Positions 1-5,025 of a stretch of DNA of 5,025 bases are shown here, in pieces (positions within the stretch are counted from its first letter, which is position 1; the number at the start of each line of letters is the position of its first letter). Made by a program: the position numbers and the translations under genes. The stretch comes from an uncultured archaeon (GTDB lineage: Archaea; Asgardarchaeota; Jordiarchaeia; Jordiarchaeales; Jordiarchaeaceae), in assembly GCA_964510585.1 (NCBI GenBank), contig CAZECW010000116.1:1-5025 (forward strand). Reading direction: 5' to 3'. The notes under the pieces were generated by a model that worked only from the letters and a program-made list of their open reading frames with translations, was not told where the DNA came from and did not search any database.

Positions 1-53
1 TGCGTCTTGTTTAGCCTCTTAAGCCCAAGCCAAACCCTTCAGCTACCAACAAC

Positions 54-63
54 TATTTATATA
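54..63. promoter_or_regulatory. TATA-like box inside element copy A (TTTATATA on plus, TATATAAATA on minus)
   Basis: tatttatata at 54-63, identical to 4975-4984. It fits an archaeal TATA box in either orientation. No transcript evidence. Confidence 0.45.
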
Positions 64-96
64 CCATACTTTCAAATAAACTTTCTGGCGATTCAT

Positions 97-121
97 CCCC
101 ACGACTAAAGTCGGGGGCTTT
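97..121 (-). repeat. Left-end subterminal hairpin plus AAAG guide tetranucleotide (TnpA Y1 recognition site)
   Basis: On the plus strand, cccc(97-100)-a-cgac(102-105)-taaa-gtcg(110-113)-gggg(114-117) forms an 8-bp stem with one bulge, followed by cttt (118-121), which is AAAG on the minus strand. Confidence 0.85.
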
Positions 122-135
122 CTCGCCAAGGTTTT

Positions 136-139
136 GTAA
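136..139 (-). other. TTAC insertion target / left cleavage tetranucleotide (candidate TAM core; context TTTTAC)
   Basis: Lies immediately outside the left end. TTAC is the target that pairs with the AAAG guide in IS608. Confidence 0.75.
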
Positions 140-344
140 AACTGGAGAAACACTCTTCGGCCACCGAAATAATAAGGCGCTACGCAATATTTTCATTCAT
201 CCTCCAAATTAAACTATATTTGAAATACTTTTTTCTATACCCATCAAAATACTACCTCTGGATTTCAATCCTGGCGAGTCTGTGAGCGTGATAGCAACAC
301 AAGGTTAACTTCTAATTTCTTCCATACGTCTTCCTCAACCTTTT

Positions 345-1709
345 TTACACGATTGGTATTAATTTAATTTGGGGATATCCTTGGTTGTAGTCTGCCTCAA
401 CAACATAGGAGATCGATTTGGGTTTTAATGAGTTAAAGATTAGCACACCTCTCTTTTCCTCAATTTTCAAGTGGTAGTCGACTATGTTAGCTACTTCCTC
501 GAGTTCTTTAGTTCCGTGCTTTATGATAAATAATGCTAGCAACTTTTTCTTTTGAACCATGTATAGGATTGCTTCTAAAACTTCAGATATATTTTCCTCG
601 AATTCTACAAGAAGAGAATCTAAGCCAAATACGCCAAAATAGTTTTCAGGTTCAATTTTTCTGGACATTTCTTCGAATTGATAATAGAAGTCTTCTAAAA
701 TGTTTTGTTCACTCTTGTAGAGTTTTTCAAGCCCCCATCTCTTTTCCACCACATTTATTCTGTTTAGTCCTTCCTCCTGTATGAAGTCTGACAGCGAGGA
801 AAGGATTGTCTCCTTGCTTGTTCCAAGGGAAGGTATCACTATTACTCCTTTACCCTTTGATAGGAAATTAAGGGTCGTGGGTACTACCATTTGGATGTAT
901 GCTTCTCGACTAACATTTTTTCCAAGCTCCAAAAGCACTGTTGATCCCTTTCTGTATCCTCCCCTAAGAGCCTCATCTAAATCTTTGCTCCCTGTTGAAA
1001 AGTGAGACTCAGTGTCTGGCAGTGGTTCGAACCTCCTTCTTTCCTTGATTGCTGGAAGTTGAAACGGTTCGAAGTGTCTGAAGACTCCACCAAAAAGGGT
1101 GAAGAAATAAGTGTTTAATTTAAGGCAGGCGCCCTTCAGCTTCAGTATATGAAGCTCCCTCAGGAACTTATTCTCTGAACTCACCCTTCTTAGCAGTATA
1201 AGCCCATCAACCAGATAATCTAATTCTTTACTATCCTCATATTCACTTACAAAAACAAGACGCGAACCTGTTTCTTGCTGAATCTCAAAAAGTTCATAAT
1301 AAATATTTTCGCCCAGCACCTTTTGAATGCCCTCAAGGGAGTCCAGGATAACAAGAGAATCCTCTTTCTTCAAAAGTTTTTGGGAGAATTCTTTAATAAA
1401 GGTGGGTTTATCAGAGTATTCAATAAACTGGGTGACTTCTTTATCAACCTGTGTGGGGAAATTTTTTCTATAAACGTCTATTATTTGACTTGGCGGGATT
1501 TTCTCCATAACCTCTGGATAAGTTAGAGTTAAAGTTTTGGCGTTCACCCTTGTTGTCACATAGAAGCTATTTGGTTTTTTAAACATTGCAAGGAGAGATA
1601 GGGCCAAAATTGTTTTTCCAGTTCCCGGTTCACCCTTAATTAGGATAGAGGTAGAGGGCTTCTTAAAGAAGAATATCAACTCTCCAGGAATGGAAATTTT
1701 AAAACTCAT
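345..1709 (-). CDS. GvpD-like / KaiC-RAD55 superfamily double-domain P-loop ATPase (454 aa), with intact N-terminal P-loop and degenerate C-terminal domain
   Basis: Walker A GEPGTGKT (1611-1634), YVTTRV motif, Walker B LVILDS, VFVSE, DYLVDGLILL and LRELHILKLKG. The second RecA-like domain starts FSTGSKDLDEALRGGYRKGSTVLLELG and has no GKT. ATG at 1709, TAA at 345-347. Confidence 0.9.
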   Translation of the reverse strand: MSFKISIPGELIFFFKKPSTSILIKGEPGTGKTILALSLLAMFKKPNSFYVTTRVNAKTLTLTYPEVMEKIPPSQIIDVYRKNFPTQVDKEVTQFIEYSDKPTFIKEFSQKLLKKEDSLVILDSLEGIQKVLGENIYYELFEIQQETGSRLVFVSEYEDSKELDYLVDGLILLRRVSSENKFLRELHILKLKGACLKLNTYFFTLFGGVFRHFEPFQLPAIKERRRFEPLPDTESHFSTGSKDLDEALRGGYRKGSTVLLELGKNVSREAYIQMVVPTTLNFLSKGKGVIVIPSLGTSKETILSSLSDFIQEEGLNRINVVEKRWGLEKLYKSEQNILEDFYYQFEEMSRKIEPENYFGVFGLDSLLVEFEENISEVLEAILYMVQKKKLLALFIIKHGTKELEEVANIVDYHLKIEEKRGVLIFNSLKPKSISYVVEADYNQGYPQIKLIPIV

Positions 1710-1797
1710 AATTCCCTAACTTCCTTACTTCTTTATGATTTTCTCTTATATTATGCAGATTCCCTTTTTTGATTTCAGGTTTTACACCCGACACCCT

Positions 1798-2199
1798 TCA
1801 TATGTTTTGCGGTTCCATTATTGAAATGATTTTTTCGATTTCATTTATGATTCCCGACTTAATTAACGCTGACTTTAATACGGGTGTTGAGATAACCCCG
1901 TTCTGGTAAGCTTCAATTGAAACATATGCCAAAGGAAGCCAATCAAAAATTTTTCGCATAGAATAATAAAGTTCTGGGCTTCTTGCCACCCGCTTTAACT
2001 GCTCTAAACAATTATAACATTCATCTATATGTGAAACCGTTCTACCCAAATCTTCAGAAGTAAGATTTGAACCATTTAGGAGACCTGCCAAGTCAGTTTT
2101 CAATCTTTGTAAAGTATCCCTAACCCTCTCCAGAATGGACAATATTCCACTTTTACCAGAACCATCATACCCCAATAAACCAATATTCTCCGCAACCAT
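1798..2199 (-). CDS. Hypothetical protein (133 aa from ATG 2199; the ORF track extends it to 2262) with an N-terminal Walker A-like motif
   Basis: Open frame with an SD-like GGATGTGA (2214-2207) 7 nt before ATG 2199. The N-terminus is MVAENIGLLGYDGSGKSGILSIL. It is co-oriented with the ATPase gene and ends 88 bp upstream of it. Confidence 0.65.
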   Translation of the reverse strand: MVAENIGLLGYDGSGKSGILSILERVRDTLQRLKTDLAGLLNGSNLTSEDLGRTVSHIDECYNCLEQLKRVARSPELYYSMRKIFDWLPLAYVSIEAYQNGVISTPVLKSALIKSGIINEIEKIISIMEPQNI

Positions 2200-2343
2200 C
2201 GCCCTTTCACATCCAGAGAAACCAATTTTTTGGTTCCAAATGTATATTTGACCGGTTAGCAAACACCAACTCAGTAAGTTTCACAATTTGCTCCTGAAAC
2301 CTTTTCTGAGAAAATTTCAGTAATCCTTCAAATACAAAGGTAA

Positions 2344-2685
2344 AATAGAATAATTCCCATTAAAATCAAAAAACAACCACCATCTTCAAGAATATTCCAA
2401 AAATTAACTACGCAATTCAAAAACTTAAAATCCCTAAACTACAAACCCAGTACAAAACCAAACATACAATGCGAAAATCGCAATATCCTAAACTACCTTT
2501 TAAATTTTTGGGATGATTACCTACAACTCCTCTCACAGTTAAACCTTCAAAATGGATCCAAAACATCTCAAAAAACGTGTTCGAATAACACTCTCTACGA
2601 GACGTCAAGTCACAGAACAAAATGGTACACACCAAACATCGAAGACTTCTCACATCACATAAACAAACCATCACAAAAACTTTGA
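2344..2685 (+). pseudogene. Possible gene remnant: 113-codon stop-free frame without an ATG start, in an A/C-rich, G-poor tract
   Basis: Frame 1 from 2344 reads NRIIPIK...LNYLLNFWDDYLQLL...KWYTPNIEDFSHHINKPSQKL*. The stop TGA (2683-2685) falls inside the decayed element. No family recognised. Confidence 0.25.
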
Positions 2686-2905
2686 AAGCAAGTCTTGGGG
2701 CGAAGCACCAAAATGCTTATAGGATGATGTGTTTAAAAAATATAATAATTATCAATAGAGATAGAATATAGAGATTCTCGAAGCTATCTGATTCTACATA
2801 TGTGATGTCTACAGTGGAGGGCAGACTAACTGGGCGATGTTTCACCTAATTAGAGGTTAGAACATGAGTTTCCAAGATCTCCCAGACTTCCGCAGAGAGT
2901 GTCAA
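2675..2905 (+). mobile_element. Decayed full-length relative of the IS608-type non-autonomous element, copy C, inverted relative to A and B
   Basis: Left end reads TCAC|AAAAACTTTG-AAAGC-AAGTCTTGGGG, against the intact TTAC|AAAACCTTGGCGAG-AAAGC-CCCCGACTTTAGTCGTGGGG. Segment 2702-2720 matches the intact element at 14/19, and 2812-2846 matches 4883-4849 (minus) at 22/35 ungapped. Right end reads AAGATCTCCCAGACTTCCGCAGAGAGTGTCAA, against AAGAATCTCCCGACTTTAGTCGCGGAGAGTGTCAA. Confidence 0.7.
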
Positions 2906-2959
2906 AAATGTTAGTCACTCTTCTCTTGGTTGGAGAAAAGAGAAAAAAGTGGAAATTTA

Positions 2960-2974
2960 AGCGAATTTAAAAAA
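2960..2974 (+). promoter_or_regulatory. Putative BRE/TATA promoter of the second ATPase gene
   Basis: A purine-rich agcgaa is followed by TTTAAAAA (2966-2973), about 40-47 nt before the TTG start. Motif match only. Confidence 0.3.
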
Positions 2975-3000
2975 GTCAAGAAATCTTTGTCCACCTCGTT

Positions 3001-3005
3001 GGAGG
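3001..3005 (+). promoter_or_regulatory. Ribosome binding site GGAGG
   Basis: GGAGG lies 7 nt upstream of TTG 3013. The resulting N-terminus (MSIGSVPSEL) aligns with that of the paralog (MSFKISIPGEL). Confidence 0.6.
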
Positions 3006-3012
3006 AAAACGT

Positions 3013-4449
3013 TTGAGTATTGGTAGCGTTCCCAGCGAATTGATGGAAATTTTGAATCAGCAGAAATGCTATAAGCTCTTGATAAAGGGTGCTCCTGGTA
3101 CTGGAAAAACTTTACTCGCCCTGAGTATATGCGAATTAATTAACCAAGGGGGCACAGCCCTTTACCTCACGTCAAGAGTGACGCCGGAGGAGCTATATGC
3201 AGAGTATCCATGGGTTAACAACTTGATACCTCCCAAAAACGTTCTGGACGCCACAGAATCAAGTTACCAGACGGGGGATATGGCGGTAGCCTTCAGGTAT
3301 TCGGATAAGCCAGCCTTTGTTCAAGCCATGTATGAAATATGCAGCAGGAAACCGAAGCCTAACGCCATAATAGTTGATAGCCTTGAATCCCTAAAAGAAA
3401 ATATGCAAGCCTCGAGGGAGGACTACTCAATTGAAAGATCCATAATGGATATCTCTCGAATAACTGGAACCCACATCATATTTGTTTCCGAAACAGATTG
3501 CGTCACACCAGTCGATTATCTTGTTGACGGTATAGTTAACCAGGTCAAATTAAACGAAAAAGTTTTCTTAAGGGTAACCGAAATTCAAAAGCTAAGAGGG
3601 ATAACTGTTCACTGCCCTAGGTACCTGTTTACCCTAGAAGGAGGGCGGTACCGTGTTCTGCCTCCCCAACGTTCCACACTAGACGACTTAATCAAAGGTT
3701 CCAAAGAGAAAAAGTTTGAACACATTAAAAATGTGGAAGGAAAAATCTCAACCGGAATTAAGTACCTTGACACAATTACTGGTGGAGGATACTCCTACGG
3801 GTCAGTTAATCTTATAGAGGTAGGCAGTGGGGTGGGAGAAGCCTACGACTATTTTTACCTCCCAACAATATATAATCACGTCCTGAATGGTGGAAACGTT
3901 CTTATAATTCCCCCATCTGGAATTTCCGCCCAAGTGATGAGAGGGATGATAGAGCCAGTGGTTGGTGAGGAGAACTTCAGAAACCACGTGAAAATAATAG
4001 ACTTTCAATTTGCAGGACCGAAGAGTGTCAAGGGGGAGCAGTGGGAGGTGATTCTTGAAGGCCGCAGTTTGCCCGAGGACTACCAAATAATGTATAATGA
4101 GACTAAGGCTTTGAGAAAGGGACAGAAATCAGTTTTAGTCATAATTTCTGCTGACACCATAGAATCTGTATACGCGTGGCAGAGCAGAGGAAATTGGAGT
4201 GTCGCCTCCCTGATTTCAAGAGGTGCCATTGAAGCGAAACAGACTGGAAACACAGCTATATGTTTAGCAAAGTATGGACAGAAAGAAATAGTCGACTACA
4301 TTAACCACATTTCTGATGAACACTTCAACGTCATAAACCTAGAAGGAACAGTTTTACTAAAAGGCGTTTTTCCCAGCCTCCCCGCCATGTATCCCGTTGC
4401 AGAAAGGAGTGAGGAGGGCCTCAGAGTAGACCTATTGCCCATAGTATAA
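3013..4449 (+). CDS. GvpD-like / KaiC-RAD55 superfamily double-domain P-loop ATPase (478 aa), paralog of 345-1709
   Basis: Walker A GAPGTGKT (3088-3111), LYLTSRV, Walker B AIIVDS, IFVSE, DYLVDGIV and LRVTEIQKLRG. The second domain ISTGIKYLDTITGGGYSYGSVNLIEVGSGVGE has a degenerate P-loop. TTG start with RBS. Confidence 0.9.
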   Translation: MSIGSVPSELMEILNQQKCYKLLIKGAPGTGKTLLALSICELINQGGTALYLTSRVTPEELYAEYPWVNNLIPPKNVLDATESSYQTGDMAVAFRYSDKPAFVQAMYEICSRKPKPNAIIVDSLESLKENMQASREDYSIERSIMDISRITGTHIIFVSETDCVTPVDYLVDGIVNQVKLNEKVFLRVTEIQKLRGITVHCPRYLFTLEGGRYRVLPPQRSTLDDLIKGSKEKKFEHIKNVEGKISTGIKYLDTITGGGYSYGSVNLIEVGSGVGEAYDYFYLPTIYNHVLNGGNVLIIPPSGISAQVMRGMIEPVVGEENFRNHVKIIDFQFAGPKSVKGEQWEVILEGRSLPEDYQIMYNETKALRKGQKSVLVIISADTIESVYAWQSRGNWSVASLISRGAIEAKQTGNTAICLAKYGQKEIVDYINHISDEHFNVINLEGTVLLKGVFPSLPAMYPVAERSEEGLRVDLLPIV

Positions 4450-4760
4450 ATCAACTACGATTCCTCCCTCCTAGTCACAGAGAAGTTTAAAATAGAATGT
4501 TCTCAAAGATTACTAAAACATGTGGCTAGATAAAGGGTGAGTTGTCGGGAAAAGGGATGTTAATCATTGAATGTGGAATTCAGTTTCACCCTTAACTCGG
4601 TGCGCAACCATTTTAGGGGACTTAGTAAGTGCATAGATATGCTTTCTGTATCTGAGAATTGTCACAAATTTACTTTTAAGGCTACCCTAACAAAGATATT
4701 TTGGGCTCCTTTTAGCTTAGTCACACTTATAAGAAGTAGAAGGTGGCTATTATTAATTTG

Positions 4761-4952
4761 TGAGGTTGCAGGACGATGTTTTGACACTCTCCGCGACTAA
4801 AGTCGGGAGATTCTTGCTTCTGGCTCATCGGGAGCCTTCGAGGCAACGGGTGTGCCACCACCCGGTTAACACGCCCTTCCCTCAAGGGGAACGGCGTCTA
4901 TGTTGGCACCCTCATGGGGGCTGCGTCTTGTTTAGCCCCTTAAGCCCAAGCC
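4761..4952 (-). ncRNA. Putative stand-alone TnpB-type omegaRNA/reRNA (scaffold about 4952-4781, flank-derived guide 4780 to about 4761)
   Basis: TATA box at 4984-4975. GC-rich hairpins at 4917-4939, 4871-4897, 4847-4864 and 4822-4836, plus the right-end hairpin 4788-4810. The loop UUGA (4885-4882) is complementary to the terminal UCAA. The tail GAAGCAAGAATCTCCC...GTCAA resembles tnpB element 3' ends. Boundaries are inferred. Confidence 0.6.
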
Positions 4953-5025
4953 AAACCCTTCAGCTACCAACAACTATTTATATACCATACTTTCAAATAA
5001 ACTTTCTGGCGATTCATCCCCACAA
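4922..5025 (+). repeat. Direct repeat of window positions 1-104
   Basis: 102/104 identical, with differences at 17/4938 (T/C) and 103/5024 (G/A). Confidence 0.97.
4975..4984. promoter_or_regulatory. TATA-like box inside element copy B, candidate omegaRNA promoter
   Basis: TATATAAATA on minus and TTTATATA on plus, about 25-30 nt upstream (minus strand) of the first GC-rich structured segment. Confidence 0.5.

Larger units (their letters stand above)
1..135 (-). mobile_element. Left-end part of a non-autonomous IS200/IS605 (IS608-type) element, copy A, truncated by the window start
   Basis: Minus strand reads TTAC|AAAACCTTGGCGAG-AAAG-CCCC CGAC TTTA GTCG T GGGG. This gives a TTAC target (139-136), an AAAG guide (121-118) and a hairpin with a bulged T (117-97), matching the established IS608 left-end layout. 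Positions 1-102 match 4922-5023 at 101/102. Confidence 0.88.
4781..5025 (-). mobile_element. Non-autonomous IS200/IS605 (IS608-type) element, copy B: intact right end, left end truncated by the window end
   Basis: The minus-strand 3' end reads GAAT-CTCC CGAC TTTA GTCG C GGAG-AGTG-TCAA: GAAT guide 4813-4810, hairpin, TCAA terminus 4784-4781. The left-end hairpin begins at about 5017-5025. By offset from copy A the left end would be near 5056, giving about 276 bp with no transposase or nuclease ORF. Confidence 0.9.

Noticed and set aside
97-117. Repeated CGACTAAAGTCG palindromes (also 4794-4805) as a CRISPR array or intrinsic terminators
   Set aside because: No regular repeat-spacer periodicity and no cas genes. 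The context matches IS200/IS605 end hairpins.
533-1526. Plus-strand ORFs 533-784, 781-1005 and 1275-1526
   Set aside because: They lie entirely antisense to the well-supported ATPase 1 gene and show no motifs or RBS; shadow ORFs.
2635-2641. 7-nt match (AACATCG) to the start of the copy B guide
   Set aside because: Too short and not preceded by TTAC. No in-window target was found for either putative guide.
2417-2674. Minus-strand 85-aa Cys/Val/Leu-rich ORF
   Set aside because: Its composition follows from the T/G-rich complement of the G-poor tract. No recognisable motif or RBS.
2916-3005. Weak hairpins upstream of ATPase 2, including CCTC-GTTG-GAGG over the RBS
   Set aside because: The stems are short or bulged, with no covariation evidence for a riboswitch or thermometer.
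3802-4086. Minus-strand 94-aa ORF
   Set aside because: Antisense shadow inside ATPase 2.
345-4449. Calling the ATPases kaiC (circadian clock) or gvpD
   Set aside because: No kaiA/kaiB or gas-vesicle genes are in the window, and the C-terminal domains lack an active P-loop. Only the family-level assignment is supported.
4533-4593. 8-bp inverted repeat AAGGGTGA/TCACCCTT with a 45-nt spacer
   Set aside because: Too short and too widely spaced to support a terminator or element end.
2912-4724. TAGTCAC occurring three times in intergenic DNA (2912, 4472, 4718)
   Set aside because: A non-palindromic 7-mer with no consistent position relative to starts; cannot be separated from chance without genome-wide counts.
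4567-4800. Plus-strand 77-aa ORF
   Set aside because: No recognisable domain, and it ends inside the right-end hairpin of copy B; probably spurious.
4781-4897. Minus-strand frame ending KQESPDFSRGECQ, resembling TnpB C-terminal tails
   Set aside because: An in-frame TAG lies at 4900-4898 and there are no RuvC or zinc-finger motifs. The peptide reflects the right-end DNA/RNA sequence, not a tnpB gene.

Overview
Probably archaeal DNA (GGAGG-type ribosome binding sites, TATA-like boxes, GvpD/KaiC-type ATPases). It carries two divergent paralogous double-domain KaiC/RAD55-superfamily ATPases of the GvpD-like type (345-1709 minus, 3013-4449 plus) and a small orphan ORF with an isolated P-loop (1798-2199 minus). 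Both window ends lie in directly repeated copies of a short (about 276 bp, inferred) non-autonomous IS200/IS605 element with IS608-type end signals: TTAC target, AAAG guide and hairpin at the left end; GAAT guide, hairpin and TCAA at the right end. The element has no tnpA or tnpB but keeps a TATA box and a structured right-end segment that resembles a stand-alone TnpB omegaRNA (reRNA) scaffold. A third, decayed and inverted copy (2675-2905) lies between the divergent genes. All assignments come from manual reading and motif recognition; no database searches were run.
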